A stretch of DNA of 63,585 nt, the filler included, from Nemertoderma westbladi (taxonomy: Eukaryota > Animalia > Xenacoelomorpha), in NCBI GenBank assembly GCA_032718475.1. It is 3 parts of 3 records of this genome, joined end to end, with 100 filler letters (N's around TTAATTAATTAA, not from the genome) between each part and the next. Parts side by side here need not be neighbours in the genome. Positions count along the whole stretch, not along the records: positions 1 to 27,817 come from JAUCBJ010004869.1; positions 27,918 to 55,922 come from JAUCBJ010001409.1; 1 more part is not named here. One strand, written 5' to 3'. The notes under the pieces are model-generated. The model was not told the origin of the DNA. It ran no database searches and saw only the letters and a program-made list of their open reading frames with translations. The position numbers were made by a program, and so were the translations under genes. This document shows, piece after piece, positions 25,480 through 37,227 of the stretch. Every line of letters starts with the position of its first letter. The stretch's first letter is position 1.

Positions 25480-26047
25480 CTAATATAAACAGTAAATATA
25501 AATAATACATTAGGCCTGTACCCTATGTTTGCACTCCACGAAATTAAAATTGTCAAGATTCGATTGAGCTACTTATCTGCCTTAGAAAAAACCGAACGTA
25601 TCTACCAAAATAATTAGACTAAACAATTACTATTATAATTATTACTCTAATGATCCTAAAAGCCTCGTAGATTAAAACAACACAAAAAAAAAACAATTGT
25701 AATGATTAAAGTGCTAATACTAGCTTCTTTAGATCTCTTTTAAAATATAATCCAACACTGCAAAAGATCGTCATATCCAAAAAATTTGATTAAAATAAAT
25801 AATTATTGAAAAGTGCAAAAGCAAGCATGGTTCGAATAAAGAAATTTATAACATTTTGTACTGTATCTAAAAAAATTTCTCGATTGTGTTATCAAGCACC
25901 AATATTGTGAACCATTCTTATAAAATTAATGAGCTAAAATATAACTAAATTTATAATTACTAATAGTTTTAATAATAAACAATAATATCTTGTTCTCTGG
26001 TTATGCCAATTGTCCTGGTTATGCCAAATGGACTCGATCTGGTATTT

Positions 26048-27529
26048 GCCCCGAGAGCTGACTCGGCAAAAAAGCACCCCCATCCTCCACTATGGATTAC
26101 ATTAGTAATGCGGAGGTCCAGCCACTAGAGGCGAGTGGAATTACTGGACACAATTGGCCTCACATGTCTCAGTTATCTCCTGATCGGCTGTCTCTCTCAC
26201 CCCCTACTGGAGAGAGAGCGGCCAACAATTCTGTGAGTCCCTTTCCTGATGACCTTTCTGGCCCAAACCCTGGGTCACCAGGGAGGCCAGATTGTGAGGG
26301 GGAGAGGGATTCTGGAGTTGGTGGCTACTCTCATGTTCCACCCCGACCAACGAAGCTATTGGTGAATCTGAGGCAAGTCACTAGTCTAGCCTCAGTTACA
26401 ACTCTAATACTCGTGTCCCCAATGCGACTAGGTGAGCTGATATTCCCATTGGTGATATATCCTTTGCCGAAGTGAAGGCTGCTGCAGAGCATTAAGACCA
26501 ATCGTGCCAGTGGAGTAGATGGTGTTCCCCCTGAGGACTTTAAAATAGCTGAATGTTTAAAGCTCATCTATCCAATCACATGTACAGAACAACAAGAGTC
26601 ACCCAAGAAATGAAAACAACTGTTGGCAAATTGGTGCCAGTCCCAAAGAAGGGCAACCTAACACTCTATGGTTCTTTTCGGTGAATTTCTTTGATCTCGA
26701 TTGCTGCAAAGCTATACAATGGAATTCTATTAAATCGCATCAGGGATCCCATTGAGAGACTGCTCCGTGGAAATTAGAATGGTTTCTGTAAAGGTCGTGG
26801 GACCATGGAGCCCATTTTGGCACTTAGAAGGATAATTGAAGAGTTATCAAAAAAGAATGATAGGCATCTGCCTATTATCTTTGTTGACTTCTTCAAGGCC
26901 TTTGATTCAGTCCCTCGCTCACTTATGTTCAGCATACTTTCATTATATGGGATTCCTGATGAAATTAGTGCAGCAATCAGATCAGTATACGATGGTTCGA
27001 CAACATTTGTGTCTACTGTTGACGGTGACACAGAACCATTTGAAGTGTTATGGGGCGTCCTCCAGGGAGACACACTTGCACCATTCTTGTTCATTATTGT
27101 GGTTGACTATGTTCTACGCATGTCCTTAGATCATCGTATTGATGATGGGGTGATGATAACTCCACCTACTGACTCCAGAAGTCAACGAAATCCTGCCAAC
27201 TGACACTATATAACATTGGAGGTGTCTCATTGGTTCCCCCAAGCTTGACACTAGAACAAAGCCTCCTCCGTTTTGCAGGACATTACTTTCGCCGCTATGA
27301 CCAGCCAGTGCATTATCTTGTGCTTTGGCAGCCTCATTGAGTGAATAAGCATGGTGGACAGCCCATGACATTCTTTAGACGCATCTTAAAGGACACTGGC
27401 CTTGAAGATGCGGATGATCTAGCAAATGTCATGGGTGATAGGGAGTTGTGGTGGTGCAAATTTGTCGACAAGCCGGCACAGCATTCTTTAAAATGCCGCT
27501 GCAATGCAGCATGCAGATCCTAGTAGTAC
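26048..27529 (+). mobile_element. Internally deleted RTE-like LINE flanked by a 155-bp direct duplication
   Basis: RT motifs FVDFFKAFDSV and GVLQGDTLAPFLF; a deletion junction near 27200 joins to the 3' end; tagtagta tail; 25893-26047 is repeated at 27530-27684. Confidence 0.9.
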
Positions 27530-27817
27530 CAAGCACCAATATTGTGATCCAATCTTGTATCATTAATGAGCTAAAATATAATTACATTTATAACTACTAA
27601 TAGTTTTAATAATAAACAATAATAACTTGTTCTCTGGTTATTCCAATTCTCCTGGTTATGCCAAATGGACTCGCTCTGGCATTTCCTTCCTCATACGGAA
27701 CACCAACAACGTTTCCTAGACCCTTATATCGAAGAGGTTGCTCTATTATGGGAAACGTTGCTTTGCATTTGGATAGATCTACTCCTCCCTCTGGTTTGTT
27801 CCGTCGACTGTCGTATA

Positions 27818-27917
27818 NNNNNNNNNNNNNNNNNNNNNNNNNNNNNNNNNNNNNNNNNNNNTTAATTAATTAANNNNNNNNNNNNNNNNNNNNNNNNNNN
27901 NNNNNNNNNNNNNNNNN
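27818..27917. other. Assembly gap spacer
   Basis: N44-TTAATTAATTAA-N44; the linker has stops in all six frames. Confidence 0.98.
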
Positions 27918-28359
27918 GCAGAAACTCTGGAAACAGTATTCGTGAACTTTACTAGCCTCGTTGCGCTCGTCCAAAACTTAGACTATTGCTTTGCTAGGAC
28001 ATTCCCCTTCCGGTAGTCAAAACATGATGCACCAGATGATAGTAATAATAAAACCATCACTCACCTTCACCAGAAACTTTGAACTAGTGTAACTCAGAAG
28101 GCATATTATATTTAGTGTACTTATACTTAAATTTAATTGAAACTACGTCTAGAGTGCCTGTTAATTCTGGCCTAATATTATGGAGCTAAGTGAGAATGCG
28201 GTGTACAAAAACAGGGAAATATTATTAATTAATGTTGGATCGGTGTACTCGTACATATATGGGAACCTAGTGTATTGGGGTAGCAGGTATTAATTGTTCG
28301 ATTAAGCTACGGTATATCGGGCATTCGAGAAGTAAGGGTATTCAAATTCAATACGCCCC

Positions 28360-28470
28360 AAGTTACATACCGGTACACTGGGCATAGCCTGTTCAACCGT
28401 GGGATATTGTACCAACGTCCTTCTTCGATTTGTAAACTATGGAAAGTGCATCGGAAACTATAGCTACTGT
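28360..28470 (-). mobile_element. LINE ORF2 C-terminal fragment
   Basis: Minus strand translates to FRCTFHSLQIEEGRWYNIPRLNRLCP, typical of the LINE C-terminal pre-zinc-finger region. Confidence 0.6.
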
Positions 28471-30596
28471 GCGTTTACCAGAGAGGGGTAATTTATAAGA
28501 ACTATCAGGTACGGTTCGGTTAGAAACGTATCCTTATAAAATGTAAATGAATACAGTTCTTAATGTACTACTGGAAGTCACATTAAGCAAACAACACTGA
28601 GAGACGACAACAACCATTATTACTCGAGTAAAGAAATTAATTTTTGTGAATTTCTATTATGAATGGGAAAATTATACATAGTATCTAGGATATATTTGAT
28701 CAATTTATATCCATTATATCCCCATTTCATATGCTAAGACAATTGATTCTATAGAACTTCGAGGTCAATGACATTAACGTCGAAAATTCCATAATTTTCT
28801 GTGCAGGACGAAGCGGTATTAAGAAAGATGAGTTCTAATTAAAGTTTTAATTATTAAACATATCGGTATTAAACCAAAAACCCTATTTAATTTGATCCTG
28901 AAAAGTATTAAATAGGCATGTGGGAAGCAATACATTTCAAAAACGGCTCAGCCGTAATATCATTTACACTTTAATCACTGATTCGAGACAATAATTATAA
29001 TGACCTAGGGGTAATACTATGACCAGTGAGGTCTCTTAATGGCTCAGAAAGGAGTATATGATAGCCGATACCGGAATAAACATGCATAATAAATAATAGG
29101 CCTAAGTGGTGGCATCGGCAGTCGGTCTAGCCAATCCAGTCAATTTTATGAGTTTTTCAACTTACGGATCGGAGCATGAAATTTATGGAACATGTGCAGA
29201 ATTTTCAGCTGCATCTCATTGGGAGAGCGACAGTTCCGATTAGCAACTTAAACAGAACAAACGGAGGGGCGTACTGTATCAATGCAAGGTTCCCTACTGA
29301 GTACTGTAACATTTATATATATGGTTACCGGTACTTTGCTGTGCGTGGATACTGGAGGGTGATAGGACGAACTTATATCTCCAGCTATTTCGTACTCTGG
29401 TGAATAAAGTTAGAATACCCTGACTGGACTACATTTACATAATAAATTAAGTAAAATAATAATGGCTAATTAATTTTATTGCGGCCATACTCATCCAAAA
29501 CATAAGATATCTGCCCTGCCCTCTTTATAGGAGCAAAATAAACTTTCGAAAAATCTCATGTACTGAAAAAATGACCAGATATGTAAAAATGTCCACTGAC
29601 GTTTTTTTAAATGGTTCACAGACGAAGTTTATTTCCCATGTACGTATTTCATTTCATACGTGTTTATTATATTCTCTCTAGAAGATTTTTAAAATATATC
29701 TACTGCAGTCTGACTGAATCGCTGCCACCTAAAAATGTATCCTATTAAAAAAGCAACAAATGTTTCTATTATTTATAATATAGAAAATAATATATTTAAT
29801 ACACTGAATGTCTAATAGGCCAATTTAATTTTTAGTTTAATTGAGTATTCTATTTCTTTGTGTGGAATTAATTTCGCACTACCAAATCCCCAGGGCGACA
29901 TATTTTCCAGCTTTACATCGCAGTGCGACATTATTTCTCCTCAGTATGACCCTACGCCGTACATTTTACTATGTATGTCCAGTCCAGTATACTGTATCCA
30001 GTATGTCGCAGCGTCATTCTAAATATAATTACATGCCACGTCATTCGAATACACACTAACTATTTTACAATTTTAAATTTTACAAAAATGAAATAGGTCA
30101 GAATCGAACCAGCATTCTTTACATTCATAACCCAACGCGTTATCCACTACGCCAAATTTAACACAATAAGAAAGTGTGTATAATTAACATGTCATACTCT
30201 CCTGTTTGAATTGAAGGTTGTTCTAGAATGTTTAAGTACGGCCTAACTACAAATAATTCCCCACAAATAAATAAAATTAGTTATAAATTATAAAATTGTA
30301 TATTTTTATACAATTTTACAAACTTTAAGCAGGTGTGTGCGGGGCATATAAATTCAGATATAGCAAATCCCGAAAAATCCCGATATTTTTCCATCGGGAT
30401 CCCGTTGCAACACTAATAAATAAAACCCCCATAAAATTAGGAATTTAAACGCCACCTTCGAATAAACGCCCACCTAATTGGAAATTTATATATAAACTGG
30501 AAGACCCGCAGCTCACATAATATATCACTCATATAATATAATTGATAACAAAATGTGGTAGGCCTAACCTGATACTCATTGTCTGTCATTACTCAC

Positions 30597-33333
30597 CATT
30601 AGCAATTTTGCTCTGAAATTGAACTGCTGTGTCATTTATGTTGCAACATGATTCAATTGATCTTCCAGATATTTTCGGGGATACCATTGTAGGCTGCATG
30701 CCGGTATTTAAATGTTGGGGGCTTGGAATACCTTGTTGTGTAATGTGCCTGCTTACACCTTGATAGGGTGACACATGGGAGCGGACACCTTGATGCTGTG
30801 ACAATTGAGAGCTTACAACTTCGTGTTGTAACATTCGGGAGCGTATACCTTGGTGTGGCAACGCTTGGGGGCTTACACTTTGGTGTGGCGACGATTGTGT
30901 GCTTACAACATGACGCACCCTTCTTGTATTTAATTTTCCATCAACATCGTTAACATTGTCTCGCATATCAGTCGCAGATGTATGACATTCAACTCGCGAA
31001 ACTGCATTTCCCTTGTCCGTTAACCTGTTATGAAATTGATCTGTTGACACTTCCGACATCCACCTAACCCTAGATTCCCTTTGATCGGAGTTAGACCGTC
31101 CGATTGAATCGCGCAAACCTTGTGCAAACAGAACATCTTCTCGCGATGGTAAACTAGTCGACAACGAGATCAATAGGTTTCGGAAATGTGGGTCACTATC
31201 CAAAGAACACGGGACGGTATCAGCCTGGAGCCGTTTGCATGGCTCACTCGCCCTGCGCTTACGAATCATATGAAACGACATGGGGTTCTGAGAAGACGCA
31301 TTTTTGCTCGGTAAATATTTGGTGGAGTCGCACACCATTACAGTCGGCTTGTCTGTGGCTTCACTTTGATCGCAGGTTATCGGCATAGTAAGCGGGAGCA
31401 TGGGGAGGTCACTCTGCCTCCCTAATTGCTCCTCAATAAATTGGTCAACAATCGAAAGGAAATCGCTATCACAATCATTAGACATCTCCGAAACGGTGAT
31501 CGGGGAGAGACCATTTGTTGTCGAGTGGGGCTCCTCATTGTCTGTTTCCTGGATTGTTGCTGGGCAGCTAATTTGCGATGGTAAAGTCTGCGGAGTAGAT
31601 TGTGTCCAAGAAGTCCCTGGAATGTCGGTAGCCTCTTTTGCAAACACAATTTTAGAAGGATCTTTTCGCATAATATTAGCAGTATCGGTACTAGACTGCT
31701 GCAATAAAATTGTCAAATTGGGATCATGGTGTGACCGTGGAGTACCAACAGAGTTTGATTTATTGGGAGTGGCAGAGACACCTGTAGTCGAAACACCAAC
31801 ATCGACGGTTGTTATCTGCATATCTTTTGATATAAGTTGATCTAGAAGAACATTTTTTTTCTGAATAGTATTTCCAGACTCGTAAGTACAAGGGAGCCTG
31901 GAGTTTTCCATTTTAGTCTCTCCACCCATTGCAGCATTAGACGCAATACAACGCAGCTGTAGTTGTCGTTGCAACGCCAATCTCGCGCGTAATTGGTTGT
32001 TATGTGGACCGATTTTCGATATATGACGATTTGAGACTTCAGGACCAGATGATGGTTGAGCAGTCATCACAAGTGAAGGTTTAAAATCTGGTGCCTCGCA
32101 GTTCTGAAAGGATGCAATTTGTTCAATACATCTGGGAGCGATTTCATGTTTAAATTTTTTAAAGGGTTGTTGTTGATGAACTGTATCTGTAGATAAATTG
32201 TTCGAATTCCCAAGTAACCTTGTTCCCAATTGTTGCAGTTGGTTGCCACAGAAAGCAGCTAAATCATCGGAAACGTTATCTCTGCAAATTGTTAGTGTAA
32301 TAATAACTCCTTCAACACGGTTTAGAGCACTTTCTAAGTTCATAGTGACTGTCATCCATGTCTGCTCCCCAAAAATTAATCGCACAACTGCGTTTTCTGT
32401 GGTTCCACGACACCAAGCCTCCTCGATTTGAGTATGCAAGCACTGGCGTTCCTCTGGATGAGAAATATTTAAAAGGCTACTGCCAATTACCAGCACAGTC
32501 TTCAAATAAGCATCCAATTGGCTATTGACAAGTTGACAGGGATAGTATGCAACAATAACACCAGTTACATCAACTAGAAGTTTAAACATCTTCACGTTTC
32601 TTACATCAACGTCTGGCTTTCTGTATCGTTTGACCATGAATATGCTAAAAATTGCGGTATCATTATTGCTTTGGGTGATATACTCAGAATTTATAGGTAT
32701 TTGTGTGCAAGCAAATAATTGATAAGATGGAGGGACATTGGACCCTTTCTCCTTCACAAGCATATGCACTTTGAATGGTTTCTCATTGTTGATATTATCT
32801 GCTGGATATTGTGAAGTACTAACTTCAGCAGCACAACCATGAAAATGTGCAAGGGCCATATTAAAGACACCATGATCATTTGAATGGATTATCTCGTAAA
32901 TTGATCTGCCACGGAGGTCGCACTGACGCATTCCCAAATAAGAAAAAACATTCTCGGAAACAAATGTTATTTCGCCTTTAACACCCAAACAAAATAAGAA
33001 TGCCTGTAATGCGTCAAATATCATTGGTCCAAAAATGTCACTGAGGCGGCCTGGATTAGAAGTACTTGGTGTTGGGGTGGTGGTTGAGATATCACAACCT
33101 TGCAGAGCTGGTGAATGCAAAGGGGAGATTACAGGTCCACACACAATGGAATTAGCCCTGTTGTTAGAAATGTTACGGATATATGACTGCAATGATTGAG
33201 TTTGTAGTGTTGTGATTGTTGTAGTTGTTGTTGAAGCAATATACTGAGATCCACTAGGCCTATTGGTAGCTTCGCAAAATATCCTCTTATGTTTACCATC
33301 GGAAACATCATTATTCGGTGGATTGTTTTCCAT
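30597..33333 (-). CDS. NCOA: PAS-domain nuclear receptor coactivator (NCOA/SRC/Taiman-like), one large exon
   Basis: PAS-A segment FGPMIFDALQAFLFCLGVKGEITFVSENVFSYLG...SIYEIIHSNDH matches the p160 consensus; LQGCDIST resembles p160 VQKSDVSS; second PAS-like region (ISHPEERQCL); LxxLL-type boxes LTILL and LDQLI. The ORF end contains the donor AATG|gtgagt. Confidence 0.75.
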
Positions 33334-34409
33334 TTTTAGAAATAGTCATCTAAGTGTTAAATGATTCTGACTGTCTGACGATGATCTGATAGCAGGATAG
33401 TCAGATAGTAGGCCTACAGTTAGGTACAATGGCCAAATCTGGCAATGATTGTGATTGCCATATTTGGCAACCAAGCAAAATCTGGCGGCATTTCTGATTG
33501 CCTGATTTGGCAACTATATAAACCTGTTGTTGCCATATTTCAGTATTTGGCAACTTAAATAACTCATAGAATATGGCTCTGCATCATTAGATTAAGTCTT
33601 TCTATCAGTCTATGGCTGTATGGCAGTATGGTCATTCCTTAGATCCTGAAATGTTAATGGGTAGGGCCAGGTTATACTTATAGTGGCATATTCAAACCAA
33701 CTGACCAATATACCCTAATAAACGAGAGTCAATAACACAAACACAGGCAGACAGGTGATAGTTTACTTTTGCTAGTACAGTGGTAATCTCTGGTGCTGCT
33801 TGGGGAGGTGGTTGATTGTTGCTTGTACGGTACCAATAACATGAATAATAGTTAAGATTGTAACTGTGTAATGCTGATACAATTGCCCTGCAATCTAAAT
33901 TATCCTTCACTCTGTATACAGTCGGTGATATAGGCGATTTTGGACTTGATCCAATTTTGGAACTTGCTAAGTCAAAATTGGACTTCCAATCCAATATCGG
34001 AATTAATTTTGATATGAATTACAGTGAATTTTCCACGGCCTACAATTTTTTCAGACGGGATCTGAAATTTAACCTACATGTTCTTTACTACAAAATAAGA
34101 GTTTTAACCGTGCACGAGAAAATTTCACGGTGCACCACAAAGACAACCGACATTTAAAGTTTTGCGCATTCAATTTTGGACTTTAGGTCCAATTTTGTCT
34201 TTCCATCAGCACTATACTACTGTACTACACTGTAGGTACAGTACACTGCAGTAAAATGGCAGAATGGGTAGCGTATTGTTTCTATTGAACAGCACATAGC
34301 AGCACTTAGCACTTTAAGTCCACAGTTGTCAGAATGAAATTTATCTTATTTACTCTATTTTGTTTCACTTTGTCAATGTACGTACATACGTAAATAGATT
34401 TTAAAAACT

Positions 34410-35265
34410 AGAACTGTAACAATCTGTTGAAATGATTAAGATACCTTCCATGTCCTTCACGCAGTATGTGAGATACTGAAACAATCCATTGAAACGTTTA
34501 AGAGACCTTCGTGCAGCATGTGGGGCACTGTAACAATCTGATGAAACGTTTAAGAGACCTTCGTGCAGCATGTTGGATACTGAAACAATCTGTTGAAACG
34601 TTTAAGAGACCTTTGTGCAGCACATGCGATACTGTAACATTGTAAAACAATCTGATGAAACGTTTGAGAGACCTTCGCGAAGTATGTGAAATACTGAAAC
34701 AATATGTTAAAACGTTTGAGACCTTCGCGCAGCATGTGGAGAACTGTAACATTGTGTAACAAGCTGTTGAAACGTTTAAGAGACCTTCGCGCAGCACGTG
34801 GCGTACTCCAACATTGTGTAACAAACTGTTGAAACGTTTAAGAGACCTTCACGGAGCACGTGGCTTGCTGTAACATTGTAACAAGCTGTTGGAAAGTTTA
34901 AGAGTCCTTCGCGCAGCACGTGGCGTACTGTAACATTGTTAACAAGCTGTTGAAACATTTAATAGACCTACGTGCCAGCACATGGGGTACCGTACTGAAA
35001 CAATCTGTTGAAACGTTTGAGAGACCTTCGCGCAGCACGTGGCGCACTGTAACATTGTGTAACAACTAACAAGCTGTTGAAACGTTTAAGAGACCTTCGC
35101 GCAGCACGTGGCGTACTCCAACATTGTGTAACAAACTGTTGAAACGTTTAAGATACCTTCGCGTTCGCGCAGTATGTGAGATACTAAAACAATCTGTTGA
35201 AACGGTTCAAAGGCCTTCGCGCAGCACATGAGACACTAAAACAATATATTGAAACGATTAAAAGG
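34410..35265. repeat. Degenerate 48-65 bp tandem repeat
   Basis: Recurring ctgttgaaacgtttaagagaccttcgcgcagca core, about 15 copies. Confidence 0.9.
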
Positions 35266-35282
35266 TCTATTTATTTTCCATC

Positions 35283-35530
35283 ATAGCTAACACCCCAATT
35301 CATGATATTGGCTGAGGCTGATTGAAGGGGATAATCTTTTTAGGCTCATTTAGCCAAGGAATGCCTGTTCACCACCATGGATGATATTCTATAGTACCGT
35401 AAACCTATTCCATTATGTTTTCAAAAGTTGCCTTGGTTCCCATTTATCGACCACTCACAAGGACCATCTTGGGATCGAAACTGGGCTTCCTAATTGGAAG
35501 CCCAGGAATGTCACCAATAGACCAAGCTGA
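35283..35530 (-). mobile_element. tRNA-derived SINE-like element (Gly-TCC-like head)
   Basis: Minus strand reads tggtctattgg (A box), ctgggcttccaattagg (anticodon arm), gtttcgatccc (B box), followed by a non-tRNA body. Confidence 0.5.
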
Positions 35531-37227
35531 TGCTTGGTCTAGGGTCTAGCTGCAGCTGTGCTTCTAGCGTAAAACTGTGCTGTACAGCTGTACAGGGTAC
35601 AGCTCTAGTCGTGCCCATATAGCCTTATGGTCGGACCCCTGTGCCTGTACCTTGTTATACTAGTGTTACAGCAGTCATCCTCCATAGCATCTCTGCAAAC
35701 AAAGTCCAATTTTGGAATGTATGAATACATTTCTGCAAAAGCATGGTAGGAATAATGAATTTGGCACAAAAAACATATATCTATTGAAAAATGATAGAAT
35801 TTATGATTGAAATATACTTGCAGGACTTTAAAATATTTTTTTTTAATTTAGAAAAGTCCAATTTTGGAGTGTATTCCGATTTCGGAATCTACCCTCGCAC
35901 AAAGTTCCAAAATTGGAATAAGTCCAAAATCGCCTATATCACCGACTGGTATAGTGAAGGTACACTCTGTATCAGTATATCTATATTTACATTCACACAT
36001 ATAACATTATAATGAAAATCATTTCATCCCGTTTTTCATTAGGGCCTACTAGAAAAAATTTGGTTGAATCTCTTAGCATGCGTTTTGGTTTTCTCAGTCT
36101 TTCTAAGTTTTAACACAAATTCTATTTTTCTTCTGGCACGCCGTTTCTCAAACTTTAACATTTAACAGTTTAACTGTTTAATGCCCCCTTGCCTGCTTGC
36201 TGCCTTGTGGTGATGTCCACGTTGTCAAATGTTATTAGGGCCTACATTTAGTTCCATTTCAGCCTTTGATGCATGTGATTCTTTAGTTTTGTTTATGCCT
36301 ATACCAGTCTGCCAGTACATTACTACCACTATCTGTTACAGACTCATCCATCTGTCCATTTAACATATTAACAACATATCATATACCAGTACATTCTGAC
36401 ATTTCATCGACTAATGTTTATTAATCACCACAACCTGACAACTCGACAAGGGTAAGCAAGCAGTAAGCAATTTTGAAGTAATTTACAATGACAGAGTAAC
36501 TGACAGACTGACAGCGACAGGGCTGCACAATAATACGGTAATAGGCCTAATGGTTGCCAAAAATGGCAACCATTATTTTACTTTAATTTTAATGGTTGCC
36601 AAAAATGGCAATAATTATTTTAGGCAAATTTCGGCCTATTGCTAAGAGAAATTCAGACGATGAATTTTTTTCTTATACGGTCAATTATATTTAAATTTCG
36701 CGCTCTTTTCACTTACCTATTTACCAAAATGCGATTTTGCTTCTGGGCGTGCGAAAATTAGAAAAACCAAAAGTTGCCAGATTTGGCAATAAACATTGCC
36801 ATATGTGGCAACTTTTGAGGTTGCCAGATTTGGCCATTGTACCTAACTGCTAGTCTGCTAGTCTAGTAGAGTTGCTGAGTAAGTAGGCCTATAAATCAAT
36901 TATCGGCAATCGGTACACAGGTACCGTACCGGTAGGCCTAGTTATTTTGTATTTAAACACTCAAAATACAAGCGCTTTTTATTATATTATTTATAGGCTA
37001 CTCCAGTCACCAGTCAGCCAGTTGACATTATCGGTACTACTCGATATGTGAAAGTACTGAAACATGATAGCATGATTGTAATAAGGTCGGCTGGTAAGCC
37101 AGTCAGCATCATTTAGTAAGTCTATTGCTGTATGCCTAGGCCTATCACAGTATCAGCAGCACCATGCTGTTTTTTTTTCATTTCAGGTTTTAATAAATGC
37201 CTGTATGTAATTCTAAACACTGATGGT

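Larger units (their letters stand above)
33919..35948. mobile_element. Nested Tc1/pogo-like non-autonomous element
   Basis: TIR cagtcggtgatataggcgattttggactt... is inverted at ~35900-35948; CAGT/ACTG ends; TA on the left side. Confidence 0.85.
33417..36849. mobile_element. Non-autonomous DNA transposon with 29-bp TIRs and subterminal ttgcca...tggcaa palindromes
   Basis: cagttaggtacaatggccaaatctggcaa (33417-33445) is the exact inverse of 36821-36849; CTA flanks both ends. Confidence 0.9.

Noticed and set aside
26059-26140. HDV-like ribozyme at the RTE 5' end (GACTCGGC-A6-GCACCCCCATCCTC)
   Set aside because: The 5' half looks suggestive, but I could not form convincing P1, P2 and P4 pairings; needs an Infernal or RNArobo search.
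27862-27873. TTAATTAATTAA palindrome within Ns (also 55967-55978)
   Set aside because: Artificial scaffold linker, identical at both gaps.
28064-28150. Linker exon between the PAS exon and exon 25479 (donor gaag|gtgagt)
   Set aside because: No acceptor gives the required phase-1 start without a stop.
30100-30154. tRNA gene on the minus strand (similar motif at ~47928-47984)
   Set aside because: Only A/B-box-like remnants with no cloverleaf; probably repeat-embedded tRNA-derived sequence.
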